Below, one piece after another: positions 42,886 to 52,331 of a DNA stretch of 64,000 nt. Each line of letters begins with the position of its first letter. Within the stretch, counting starts at the first letter, position 1. This DNA is from a virus. Below the pieces are notes generated by a model that was not told where the DNA came from, made no database searches, and saw nothing but the letters and a program-made list of their open reading frames with translations. The DNA is taken from the IMG/VR virus record IMGVR_UViG_3300042402_004372; one strand, 5' to 3'. The position numbers and the translations under genes are program-made.

Positions 42886-43685
42886 TAGATTTATGTGTTG
42901 TAAACTACAACACTAGGCCACTCCTACAAAGGTTATTGGATAATTTGCATGAGGGTGCGAGTGTGGATAATAAGTTTTGGAATCTATATATAGCTGATAA
43001 CGACTCCAGTGATGATACAGTCGACTGGCTAAAAGAAAATGACGATAGATATCAAATAGATAGAATAGATTTAAATAAGAATATTGGGTATTCAGCAGCT
43101 ATCAATAAGCTTGCAGCAAGAGGTTCCAACAACGTCATTGGCATTTTAAATGCAGACGTATGGTTTACCAACGAAGACATTAAAAAGATATGTCAAATTT
43201 TTAACCAAGAACCAGATGTCCATATCCTTGGCCCAAAACAAAGAGACGAATACGGCAATATCAAACATGCCGGTATAGTAGGTACCAATACGGAACCAAG
43301 ACATAGAGGTTGGAACGAAGTTGACCGCGAAGATAATCTATATAAAGATAGGGTTAATTGCGTAACAGTTTCCGGGTCTGCATACTTCATTAGAAGATCA
43401 GTTTGGAATGCCCTAACAAACGATGAAGAGTATAGAAAGATGTACCCCGATGCAATAGGAGCCTTCCTGCCAACGCCTCATTACTATGAGGAGACTTGGT
43501 GCTCCTACTTCGCACGTCATCGTGGCTACAATGTAGTGTATGATGGTAGCGTATCAATTGGTCACAGTTGGCATGCATCATCACCAAAACCGGGTGAAGG
43601 CTACAGTCATGCCGACGCTCAATTTAAAGTAAGTCAATCAATATTTCGCAAAGCCTGCGATTTCATAGGAATAGAAAGAGATTAA
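42882..43685 (+). CDS. Glycosyltransferase family 2
   Basis: VVNYN, DNDSSD, NIGYSAAIN, LNAD, VSGS, YYEET. Confidence 0.85.
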   Translation: MIDLCVVNYNTRPLLQRLLDNLHEGASVDNKFWNLYIADNDSSDDTVDWLKENDDRYQIDRIDLNKNIGYSAAINKLAARGSNNVIGILNADVWFTNEDIKKICQIFNQEPDVHILGPKQRDEYGNIKHAGIVGTNTEPRHRGWNEVDREDNLYKDRVNCVTVSGSAYFIRRSVWNALTNDEEYRKMYPDAIGAFLPTPHYYEETWCSYFARHRGYNVVYDGSVSIGHSWHASSPKPGEGYSHADAQFKVSQSIFRKACDFIGIERD

Positions 43686-43686
43686 A

Positions 43687-44088
43687 ATGTCAGATCAATT
43701 TAATGTTTATTTATATAATGCAGAAGTAGTTAAGATAGTTGACGGAGATACATTTAAGATCAAGATAGATCTTGGTTTTGAGGTTCATATTGGCCCAAAG
43801 AGTGTCAGACTATATGGCGTTAACACACCAGAAAGCCGTACAACAAACTTGGAAGAAAAGAAGATGGGCCTTGCTGCAAAAGAGTTTACTGATCAATGGA
43901 TCAAGAAAGCTAATAATAAAGTAAAGATCGAAACTATTCTAGATAAGAATGAAAAGTATGGTAGAATTCTTGCTAGAGTATGGAACGAAGCTGGCGAATG
44001 CCTTAATACAGAAATTGTTAAGGCTGGATTAGCTAGAGAATACTTTGGCGTAGGCGACAAAACTTTTGAGGAATTCAAGAAGGCATAA
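43687..44088 (+). CDS. Thermonuclease (SNase-like)
   Basis: IVDGDT, VRLYGVNTPE, KYGRILA. Confidence 0.88.
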   Translation: MSDQFNVYLYNAEVVKIVDGDTFKIKIDLGFEVHIGPKSVRLYGVNTPESRTTNLEEKKMGLAAKEFTDQWIKKANNKVKIETILDKNEKYGRILARVWNEAGECLNTEIVKAGLAREYFGVGDKTFEEFKKA

Positions 44089-44513
44089 TGCAAACATTTT
44101 TACCATACGCAAATTTGCAAGAGTCAGTTCGGGTATTAGATTATCGTAGACTTGGAAAGCAACGAGTAGAAACTTTCCAAGTCTTAAACATCTTACTTGA
44201 TCGCACTCCAACAAAAGGTTGGCGCAATCATCCGGTTACTGTTATGTGGACCGGCTATGAATCAGCTCTACAGCTTTATCAGAATTACACCATTCAAGAG
44301 TGGATTAGCAGAGGTTACAAAAACACCATGCTATTAGAAGAGATAGATATAGATTCAGTAGCTATGCCACCATGGTTTGGCTTAGAAGAATTTCATCGTT
44401 CACACAGATCAAATCTTTTGCGTAAAGATTACGAATATTATTCCCAATATTTTGACGAAGATCCTAATCTTCCATACTATTGGCCAGCTAAAGAGGTAGC
44501 TAATGCAAACTAG
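44088..44513 (+). CDS. MSMEG_6728-family / pyrimidine-dimer DNA glycosylase-like protein
   Basis: MQTFLPY..LDYRRLGKQRVE..GWRNHP..MW..HRSHRSNLLRKD. Confidence 0.8.
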   Translation: MQTFLPYANLQESVRVLDYRRLGKQRVETFQVLNILLDRTPTKGWRNHPVTVMWTGYESALQLYQNYTIQEWISRGYKNTMLLEEIDIDSVAMPPWFGLEEFHRSHRSNLLRKDYEYYSQYFDEDPNLPYYWPAKEVANAN

Positions 44514-44523
44514 AGTATTCTTA
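44502..44523 (+). repeat. 22-bp direct repeat, copy 1 (AATGCAAACTAGAGTATTCTTA)
   Basis: Identical to 45039-45060; the two copies flank the 2OG-Fe(II) oxygenase gene. Confidence 0.85.
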
Positions 44524-44554
44524 AAAACTTTTCAAGAGTTTAGGAAATAAAACA

Positions 44555-44977
44555 TTGATTAAATATTATCCTAATTTTTTTACCGAAGAAGAAATCTTTG
44601 GTGCAGTTGCACTTGAGGTTCTACCTAACGCAAAATACTTAGAACAAAAAATACAAGATAAAATTAGTTCAACAATAAATAAGCAGTTAGAAAAATATAC
44701 TTTCGAGTATGAGTTTGTTGTTTATAATTTTAACACTAACGAATCTATGGGTCTTCATTATGATTTTAGTTATACCACACCACCACACATTTCAGTTGTT
44801 GTGTATTTAAATAGCCAGTTTGAAGGTGGAGAAATTTGTTTTCCAGATTATGAATTAGAAATTAAACCAGCAAAAGGTGATTTATTATTTTATGACTCTA
44901 GTATTAAGCATGAAGTCAAAGAAATAAAATCTGGAAATCGTTTAGCAGTTGGTTTGTTTTGGAATATTAAAGACTGA
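44555..44977 (+). CDS. 2OG-Fe(II) oxygenase
   Basis: HYD, YLN..FEGGE, HEV..GNR. Confidence 0.8.
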   Translation: MIKYYPNFFTEEEIFGAVALEVLPNAKYLEQKIQDKISSTINKQLEKYTFEYEFVVYNFNTNESMGLHYDFSYTTPPHISVVVYLNSQFEGGEICFPDYELEIKPAKGDLLFYDSSIKHEVKEIKSGNRLAVGLFWNIKD

Positions 44978-45038
44978 TAATATTAAATAAACTTTAAAAA
45001 TTACCGTTAAGCCTATAGAGAATAGTAAGGAAACTAAA

Positions 45039-45060
45039 AATGCAAACTAGAGTATTCTTA
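45039..45060 (+). repeat. 22-bp direct repeat, copy 2
   Basis: Includes the start of the 45040 gene. Confidence 0.85.
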
Positions 45061-45453
45061 TCAGGAGCAATAGAAGACATCCAATCTGACTTTAAATATA
45101 GTTGGAGAAATGAGGCGACGTCTCTTCTAGATCATAGGGGTTTTAAGGCGGTTAATCCAATGAACTACGCCCTAGAAGAGGAAGACTGCGAGCCAAAAGA
45201 AATAGTAGACAAAAATCTTTTCTTGCAAAAAAGTTGTGATATTATTTTAGTAGAATATACATTACTCTATAGGGCATACATTGGAACAGACTTTGAAATG
45301 ACCTGGGCACATCTGAATAATCAACCAGTAATTGTTTGGGCTCATCAAGATATACAACACAGAATTTATCTTAAGTTTCTTGCCACAAAAGTTGCAGATA
45401 CTCTTGAAGAAGCTGTAGAATATATATCTAATACATATCCATCAACTAAATAA
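45040..45453 (+). CDS. Nucleoside 2-deoxyribosyltransferase-like protein
   Basis: VFLSGAI, NP, CDIILV, GTDFEM. Confidence 0.7.
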   Translation: MQTRVFLSGAIEDIQSDFKYSWRNEATSLLDHRGFKAVNPMNYALEEEDCEPKEIVDKNLFLQKSCDIILVEYTLLYRAYIGTDFEMTWAHLNNQPVIVWAHQDIQHRIYLKFLATKVADTLEEAVEYISNTYPSTK

Positions 45454-45463
45454 AGGAAATAAT

Positions 45464-45646
45464 ATGGCAGAAAATAAGTTCAACTATTTTGAAGTAACTA
45501 CTTCTTATGTTGTTAAGGCCAAGAATAAGTCAGAGGCTGAAAAGGTAGTCCTTGGACGTCGTGGCGTTAAGGGCGAAATTATTACCAGTAAGACTAACGT
45601 AGATCGAATCTCGGCTGTAGAAGTCCGAGAAATGTTGGAGATCTAA
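45464..45646 (+). CDS. Hypothetical protein
   Basis: AAGGA RBS; 60 aa. Confidence 0.55.
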   Translation: MAENKFNYFEVTTSYVVKAKNKSEAEKVVLGRRGVKGEIITSKTNVDRISAVEVREMLEI

Positions 45647-45659
45647 GAATCCTATTAAC

Positions 45660-45695
45660 TAGAGGGTAACACTATTTACTTAGTGTTACCCTCTA
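45660..45695. other. Perfect 15-bp inverted repeat
   Basis: TAGAGGGTAACACTA-TTTACT-TAGTGTTACCCTCTA; no U-tract. Confidence 0.8.
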
Positions 45696-45714
45696 TAAAC
45701 CTTAAGGAAAGTAT

Positions 45715-46416
45715 ATGATATACGCTCAAATGGTGGGCAGAAATGAAGAGGGAAGATTTCTAGAGGAAGTTCTAGAAAGGCTTTCACAGCAAGTAGATGG
45801 TATTGTTTTTACCGATGATTGCTCTACTGATAACACAGCTAAAATAGCAGAAAAATATTGTCACGTTTATTCAACTCCAGAGCAACTGTTCACAAAACAT
45901 GAGGGTCAACTAAGAGCTTTTGCTTGGTCCAACATGTGCCAGCATGCAAAACTTGGTGACTGGATTGTGGCAATCGATTGTGACGAAATGCTGTATAATA
46001 AAAACGATATAGATAATCTTAATATCTCATCTGTTCTATCAAATTCGCCTTACGACGTTGCCAATGTTCGCTTTTACCACATGTGGAACGAGAATCAATG
46101 GCGCACAGATAAGCTATGGGCTCCAAATAATAGCAGTAGAATCTTCAGATTTAAAGAAAATGGTGGCTTCGCCAATAGGAAATTAGCCTGTGGTTCAGAA
46201 CCTACATATGTAGTTGACTGGATTGCACAAAGAAACTTCTGGATTGACTCAGGTTTAGTCATGAAACATCTTGGATATGTAAGAGATGAAGATAAGATCT
46301 CTAAGCATCAAAGGTATTCGACTTTAGACGGTGGAGAATTTCACGCATTAAATCATATCAACTCAATAATAGACCCAAATCCAGTCTTGATTGACTGGGG
46401 AAATTTCTTAAGGTAG
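45715..46416 (+). CDS. Glycosyltransferase family 2-like
   Basis: GRNEE, DDCSTDNT, AIDCDE, HLGY. Confidence 0.8.
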   Translation: MIYAQMVGRNEEGRFLEEVLERLSQQVDGIVFTDDCSTDNTAKIAEKYCHVYSTPEQLFTKHEGQLRAFAWSNMCQHAKLGDWIVAIDCDEMLYNKNDIDNLNISSVLSNSPYDVANVRFYHMWNENQWRTDKLWAPNNSSRIFRFKENGGFANRKLACGSEPTYVVDWIAQRNFWIDSGLVMKHLGYVRDEDKISKHQRYSTLDGGEFHALNHINSIIDPNPVLIDWGNFLR

Positions 46417-46421
46417 GAAAA

Positions 46422-47096
46422 ATGAAAAAAGATATTAGAATTGCAACACACGCACAAACGATTCAATCGCTAACTTTAAAAATGCTATCCAAGGAACGTT
46501 TTGCTTATGTTAATTTTCCTCGATCAGCACTCATTGCTATGGGTAGTCCAGATATGAAGAAAGCTTCTAAGGACTTTGGTGATTCAATAAGTAAATCATT
46601 TAGCATTAATGATAAGAATTTTATGAAAGGAATACCTTTAGCTTTTGTAAATTCTAATGATTCAGATAATGAATTAGATTATTCAAAAGTGGATTCTAAT
46701 CAGAGATACTATAACTCAACAACACTTGAAAACTACTTTAATAATAATGAAGTAGCTTTTACATCTTTTGTAGACTTTTATATAAGAAATACCCCATATG
46801 TTGTAGTTACATTTCATGATAGAAAAGTAATTACAAGGGTTCTAGGATCACCTGTGGACACAATTTATGTTCCATATAATGATTATTATGATAAGCTAGA
46901 TTCTATAATTGAAACTTTGGCAACCTATACCGGTAAAGTTGATACAGTTATTTTGGATTGTCCGCTACTTTCTGCTGCTTTAGCTGGTAAGATATGGGAC
47001 GAATTGAATTTTTCTATAATAGATTTTGGGAAGGTAATCGGTTTTGCTCGAGCAAGATTTAGCAATAGGATTTCCCAAAATGAAAAAACAGATTGA
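46422..47096 (+). CDS. Possible GT-D-fold glycosyltransferase-like protein
   Basis: Adjacent to a GT2; C-terminal VILDCPLLSAALA..IIDFG resembles GT-D/DUF1792. Confidence 0.4.
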   Translation: MKKDIRIATHAQTIQSLTLKMLSKERFAYVNFPRSALIAMGSPDMKKASKDFGDSISKSFSINDKNFMKGIPLAFVNSNDSDNELDYSKVDSNQRYYNSTTLENYFNNNEVAFTSFVDFYIRNTPYVVVTFHDRKVITRVLGSPVDTIYVPYNDYYDKLDSIIETLATYTGKVDTVILDCPLLSAALAGKIWDELNFSIIDFGKVIGFARARFSNRISQNEKTD

Positions 47097-47724
47097 AGAC
47101 AAAGAAGATGATCTATTTTTAATAGATCTTTTATTTGAATCAGATCTAACCATTTCAGCTATAGCCAAAGAACTTGGTTATTCATTTGCTCAGTTAAATA
47201 AAAAAATTAATTCACTTGGTCTTTCTTGGATTAAAGAGCAAAAGAAAAAAACATCAAGAGGTCAAGCTGCACTTACTCAAGCAATGCAAAAGCTTTTTCC
47301 TGGACAAAAGATCATAAACGAACATCACATAGGTGAGCGTTTAAGAATCGATGTATTCTGTCCAGAATATAGAATAGGTGCAGAGTTTCATGGTAGGCAA
47401 CACTTCTATTATACTGAAAGATTTTTTGAATCAAAATATGATTTTATTCAAGCTCAAAAAAGAGATGAAAGAAAATTAGAACTTTGCAAGCAAGAAGGAA
47501 TAACATTAGTTGTATTTAGATACAATGATGAGCTGAGTGAACAAGCTGTTTATGATAGACTATTACAGGCGATAAGATTAAGTCCTCATGTTCCAGAAAA
47601 TATAAAAACGAATAAGAAGAGCATTACTCAAAATAAATTTTATCAGGATAGAAAAAAGCAATACAACGAAAGAAAGAAAGAGACATATAAAAAAATGAAA
47701 AAGAGAAGAGATAATCATGAGTGA
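47080..47724 (+). CDS. HTH + DUF559/Vsr-like endonuclease domain protein
   Basis: ISAIAKELG (HTH); RIDVF..AEFHGRQH..RDERKLELC..LVVF. Confidence 0.7.
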   Translation: MKKQIEDKEDDLFLIDLLFESDLTISAIAKELGYSFAQLNKKINSLGLSWIKEQKKKTSRGQAALTQAMQKLFPGQKIINEHHIGERLRIDVFCPEYRIGAEFHGRQHFYYTERFFESKYDFIQAQKRDERKLELCKQEGITLVVFRYNDELSEQAVYDRLLQAIRLSPHVPENIKTNKKSITQNKFYQDRKKQYNERKKETYKKMKKRRDNHE

Positions 47725-49168
47725 TATTGAATCTTCTCCCGTAACTCAACCAATTGAGTATCAGATATTTGCTCTTTCATTTAGAGAAAAGGGAGCAATA
47801 TCTTACTTTAAAGATAATCTAGATCCACAGATTGTTGGGATTAACGATAATCAACACGGTGTTCACGAATTCTATAATGCTCTTTTGTCATATGTTTCTA
47901 GTACAGATCTAGATATAGTCGATCCAATAGTATTTAAGAATTGGATACAACTAGAAAGCCGTGTCTTTGAGGCGCTTAATGGAGACGAGGGAGTTAATGC
48001 TCTTATGAGCGTCCTCTCTGATATGCAGCTGGCTAGCCCTGAAGCTGTTGTTCAGGTTCTTAAACATAAAGATAATAAAATTAAACAGAAAAACTATTTA
48101 AAAGAGTTAGAAATAATTATAAGCCAAAAGGGTATAAAAACAGAAGAAGATCTTGCGAGAATGTCTGAGATTTCTAATCTCATTAATGATCTAGAGAACA
48201 GTGCTAGTTATGATCCGCTTGATGGAGTTGTAACGGCTAACCAAATAATAGAAAAGATTGACTCACTATTAGACACTCCGGACTTTTTGCCAACTCAATT
48301 TAAGTCTTTGAATAGAGCAATGGGCTACACCAATGAGGGAGGCTTCTTTAAGGGGGCGGTACATGCGATCATAGCAGCCTCTGGAAAGGGCAAGAGCACA
48401 TTTGCTAAATGCCTAGTGAATAACTGGTTAGATTCTGGATATAAAGCTTTATACATAAACTTCGAAGAAGCTAGAAATCACTGGGAACGTATATTGATGA
48501 CTCAGATAACTGGCAAGAACGTTTATTCAGAAGTTGATAAATGGTCTGAAGAAGAAAAAAATAAACATATTAAAACTTTTACAGATAAGTTAACCGAATG
48601 GGGTGATCGTCTGATGGTCAAGCATGATCCAGATACTCCATATTTTGAGGACCTAGAAAGCTGGCTAAGAGACATCCTAATCCAGGGTGAACACATGCCG
48701 GACGTCATAGTTATCGACACTATCCAATCAATGTTTACTAGATCTAAGGGTAAAGCTAGATGGGGTGAATTTGAAGAAATGATGGTTCGTCTTGAAAAAA
48801 TAGCTAGAGACATGAACTGCGTATTGATAATCACTGCACAAGAAAACTCAAATAGAATGAAGGAAAAAAGAGAAATAGTCATGCAGTCAGACACTGGTGG
48901 TTCTCTAGCTATACAGCAAAAGTGTGCAGTAACTATATTTATCACAGAAAAAAAATTAGTTAGTGGTGATGATTCGGAAGATGAAAATGTAATGCAGTTA
49001 CAGATACCAAAGAATAGAATTACTGGTTCAACATTTTCTTATGAGCCACCACTGGTTAGATATGTCGATTCCAAAAAGTCTTACGTAGAGTACGAAATGG
49101 TTACACCCGGATCCTATGATGCCTCATCAATTTTAGATGACTTATTAAACAATGGAGATTTTAACTAA
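47717..49168 (+). CDS. dnaB: DnaB-like replicative helicase
   Basis: Walker A AASGKGKST, NFEE, IVIDTIQ, TAQ, KNR. Confidence 0.85.
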   Translation: MSDIESSPVTQPIEYQIFALSFREKGAISYFKDNLDPQIVGINDNQHGVHEFYNALLSYVSSTDLDIVDPIVFKNWIQLESRVFEALNGDEGVNALMSVLSDMQLASPEAVVQVLKHKDNKIKQKNYLKELEIIISQKGIKTEEDLARMSEISNLINDLENSASYDPLDGVVTANQIIEKIDSLLDTPDFLPTQFKSLNRAMGYTNEGGFFKGAVHAIIAASGKGKSTFAKCLVNNWLDSGYKALYINFEEARNHWERILMTQITGKNVYSEVDKWSEEEKNKHIKTFTDKLTEWGDRLMVKHDPDTPYFEDLESWLRDILIQGEHMPDVIVIDTIQSMFTRSKGKARWGEFEEMMVRLEKIARDMNCVLIITAQENSNRMKEKREIVMQSDTGGSLAIQQKCAVTIFITEKKLVSGDDSEDENVMQLQIPKNRITGSTFSYEPPLVRYVDSKKSYVEYEMVTPGSYDASSILDDLLNNGDFN

Positions 49169-49959
49169 TGAAATTAATTACACCAGAATCCCTAAAGGAC
49201 TTTCAAACCTGCTCATTACTTTACGAGTATAGATATAATCAAAAACTACCAGAGTCAATAGGTGGTAGAGATCTATTGTCTATTAGATTTGAAAATACTT
49301 TAAAAGAAATTATATATTACTTCTTTTATAAGAAACAAGGTGGCTACACACCGTCGTATGCATCGCTTTTGAATAGATGGGAAAAGCTTTGGTTTGCCGA
49401 TAACGTTTCATCGTACGATATCATGACAGAGCAACACGAAAGTGCATATGGAAACAGCGCTAGCCTTACGACCAAAGCTGCTTCTGCTCTATTGTCTTTC
49501 TATGAAAACTTTTCAGACGAAGAATACATACCGATTGCAATAAATGAAGATTGCATTATGCCAGTCACCCCAAAGGTTAAGATAAAAGACAAATTTGATA
49601 TAATCCTTTATAAGAATAATAAATATTATGTTATTAAGATAATGTTTAACTATAAGAATAGTCACCAATATATGTATCAAGTAAACTTTGCTACGATGTA
49701 CAATGCGTTTGCGGTAAAGCATGGTGATAGAATTTCTAAAGCATCTTTTGGTTACATAGATTTATTAACGTCCAAAGTTTCTTTTGTTGATTTTGAAATA
49801 ACAAAAGAAGATCTTGATTCTTTAAGATTTTGGGCTGATGAATTAGAGCAAGCAGAAAAATTTATTCCAAGAAGAGGGTTGACCTGGTATTGCAAGAAAT
49901 GTCCGTTTGATAAACCTTGTTCTAAGTGGTCAAATTGGTCAAAAGATGCAGACGAATAG
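49168..49959 (+). CDS. PD-(D/E)XK RecB/Cas4-like protein, probably catalytically degenerate
   Basis: N-terminal FQTC and C-terminal CKKCPFDKPC; KFDII..VIKIMF lacks the (D/E)xK motif. Confidence 0.6.
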   Translation: MKLITPESLKDFQTCSLLYEYRYNQKLPESIGGRDLLSIRFENTLKEIIYYFFYKKQGGYTPSYASLLNRWEKLWFADNVSSYDIMTEQHESAYGNSASLTTKAASALLSFYENFSDEEYIPIAINEDCIMPVTPKVKIKDKFDIILYKNNKYYVIKIMFNYKNSHQYMYQVNFATMYNAFAVKHGDRISKASFGYIDLLTSKVSFVDFEITKEDLDSLRFWADELEQAEKFIPRRGLTWYCKKCPFDKPCSKWSNWSKDADE

Positions 49960-50116
49960 ATTTGGTGTTATACTTGAAACCAAGGTATCTAAAAGTTTAT
50001 TTACACTTGCAAAAGAAAATAAACAAACTCCTTATGAATATTTAAAATCTATAATAGATGAAAAGTATCAAATTTACTTAAAAGAAAAACTAAATTGGGA
50101 TTCAGATTATGAGTAA
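49946..50116 (+). CDS. Small hypothetical protein, possibly ribbon-helix-helix
   Basis: MQTNRFGVIL..LAKENKQTPYEYLKSII. Confidence 0.4.
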   Translation: MQTNRFGVILETKVSKSLFTLAKENKQTPYEYLKSIIDEKYQIYLKEKLNWDSDYE

Positions 50117-50765
50117 AAAAAGTATATTAGATGAGTTATTAAATGAAGATGTTTCATTCAAGCCAAATGAAGAAGAAGATAAGTTATTAACTCCTCTTAT
50201 GGAGGAAATTAATCTTATTGCTAGTCAACAAATTAGACTATTTGTTAGATCAGTTTTACTTCAGGCAAAAACATTTTGGAAAATACCATCTAGTTTTTCA
50301 GGTAAATATCATCCAGCTGATGAGCATGGTGCTGGTGGTAACGTTCTTCATACAAAGAGGGTTGTCAAAGTCTCTAAGGTTATATGCGATTCCTATGGAT
50401 TACTTCCGCACGAAAAAGACATAGTGTACGCAGCATGCTTATTGCATGATGTGACTAAGGGTATAGCTCATGATGATAGTAAAGAAGATTTCTTCTACGA
50501 CCCAATGCATCCGTATACGGTTGGAGCTTTTGTTAAAAAGTGTCAAGACAATGATAAAAAGTATGGTTCAGAATCCGCATCATCTACTCTTTTTTTAGAT
50601 GAAGAAACTGTTCAGTCAATACTTAGATTGGTAAGATGCCACCTTGGTCCATGGTCTCCCATTCCGGAAACTGTACCTAGTACTTACATGGATATGATAG
50701 TACACTTGTCAGACAACGTCGCCTCAAAACTGCATACAATTGTTGAAATTAGTGATAACAAATGA
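50109..50765 (+). CDS. HD-domain phosphohydrolase
   Basis: KYH..HTKRV, LLHDVTK, H.GPW, VHLSD. Confidence 0.8.
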   Translation: MSKKSILDELLNEDVSFKPNEEEDKLLTPLMEEINLIASQQIRLFVRSVLLQAKTFWKIPSSFSGKYHPADEHGAGGNVLHTKRVVKVSKVICDSYGLLPHEKDIVYAACLLHDVTKGIAHDDSKEDFFYDPMHPYTVGAFVKKCQDNDKKYGSESASSTLFLDEETVQSILRLVRCHLGPWSPIPETVPSTYMDMIVHLSDNVASKLHTIVEISDNK

Positions 50766-50935
50766 CAATAGAAAATCCAGACAAGATGCATGTTAGAGCG
50801 TACATAAATGAGTCTTTAGAATTCCTTATTAAAGAATCAATATACTACAGATCTAACAATGAAAATATTTTGGAACACAATCGACTAGTAGCTTGGCATA
50901 TGGAAATGGATAGTGGTAAAATACATATACCATGA
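50762..50935 (+). CDS. Small hypothetical protein (57 aa)
   Basis: ATGA overlaps at both ends; not in the ORF track. Confidence 0.5.
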   Translation: MTIENPDKMHVRAYINESLEFLIKESIYYRSNNENILEHNRLVAWHMEMDSGKIHIP

Positions 50936-52128
50936 AACTTCCTTTAGATAAAGATAAATTTATTTCTCAATGGAAATATGTTGAGGTTGCTAGATATGTT
51001 CCCAACCTGGATAGGGTGATTAGGGATAAGAATGGTGATGATCCAGTCTTCTATGAAATGGAAAACATAGATCAATATAGACAAAAGCATAACAACCTTG
51101 GACTGTACACATCTGTTTGGCATTTTAATTCCGCTGATATAAACAAGGCTATCAGGTTAGGATCATTATACTTTGACTTAGATAGTGAAGATATGAATTT
51201 GTGTTACGAAGAAGCGCAAAGACTATATGGTTATTTGTCTATGTATATTCCGCAAGAATCACTGTTGGTTTATTTTACTGGAAAAAAGGGTTTTCATATA
51301 GAGTGTGAAGCAATTGGCTTAGGTATTAATCCATCAAACGAACTGCCAAAAGTTTTTAGGTATATAGCAAATAAGCTAAAAGAAGATCTATCTATTTCTT
51401 CAATGGATTTTAGTGTTTACGACATGAGAAGAATGTGGAGGCTGCCTGGATCTTTACATCAGGCAACAAAGCTATTCAAGACTCTCTTGCCAAAAGATAT
51501 ATTTTTATCTGGAATAGATAAGATTATTACTTACTCAAGTGAGCCACAATTGCTCGATGTAGTTGAACAGTCTTTTGATTTCAAGGCAAATGAATGGTAT
51601 AGGCAGTTCACTTATCAGATGGAAGAAGATAAGAATAAACCAAAAGATATACTACAGCATTTTAATAAGTTTGGTTCTTCTAACTTAAAGTCTTTTGATC
51701 AGAATCAAAAAGTATTTGAGAAAGAAACACTTTGGATAAAGTGTCCATCAATAAAAAGATTACATGAACAGGCTGAGAATTCTCACTTTTTAGAACACGA
51801 AGCCAGATTATTTTTATGTTCTATATTAACATATAGTGAAGAATCGATTAACTATCTACATGAGATACTAGGTAACTGCGAAGATTATAACCCAAGTAAA
51901 TCACAAGCTCATATAAATGACTGGGTGAGAAGAAGAGAATTAGGCATAGGTGGAAGGCCTTATACTTGCGAAAGAGCTAATGCAGTTGGCGTAGGGTGTG
52001 GCAGTTGTTCTCTTGAGAAGAAAAACAAGTGGGTTAAGGTTGGAGATAGATTTATAGAGACTCAAGAAAAATCTTCTCCATCACCAGTTCGATTTGCTTA
52101 TAAATCCGCAACGAGAAAGGAGGAGTAA
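50932..52128 (+). CDS. Archaeo-eukaryotic primase with a PriL-like Cys-rich C-terminal domain
   Basis: YFDLD, FTGKKGFH, D..VY..RRMWRLPGS; CPSI..HEAR..PYTCE..CGSC. Confidence 0.8.
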   Translation: MKLPLDKDKFISQWKYVEVARYVPNLDRVIRDKNGDDPVFYEMENIDQYRQKHNNLGLYTSVWHFNSADINKAIRLGSLYFDLDSEDMNLCYEEAQRLYGYLSMYIPQESLLVYFTGKKGFHIECEAIGLGINPSNELPKVFRYIANKLKEDLSISSMDFSVYDMRRMWRLPGSLHQATKLFKTLLPKDIFLSGIDKIITYSSEPQLLDVVEQSFDFKANEWYRQFTYQMEEDKNKPKDILQHFNKFGSSNLKSFDQNQKVFEKETLWIKCPSIKRLHEQAENSHFLEHEARLFLCSILTYSEESINYLHEILGNCEDYNPSKSQAHINDWVRRRELGIGGRPYTCERANAVGVGCGSCSLEKKNKWVKVGDRFIETQEKSSPSPVRFAYKSATRKEE

Positions 52129-52331
52129 TGCAAGATGACAATAATGATGTAATCGGATTATGCACCGACTGCGGAACGGAACAAACAGATAGGCACATGC
52201 ATAACAGTTCTTTTGCTCAAGCTGGACTGCCAGCAGTATGTAGATACTGTAAGGGTGTAGTAACGGTTTGCTATAAACGTGATAGAGATGATGTATTAAA
52301 TCAAATAAATATTAAAAGAGGACTTAAGTGA
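52128..52331 (+). CDS. Zinc-ribbon protein
   Basis: CTDC..CRYC; GGAGGAG RBS. Confidence 0.6.
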   Translation: MQDDNNDVIGLCTDCGTEQTDRHMHNSSFAQAGLPAVCRYCKGVVTVCYKRDRDDVLNQINIKRGLK

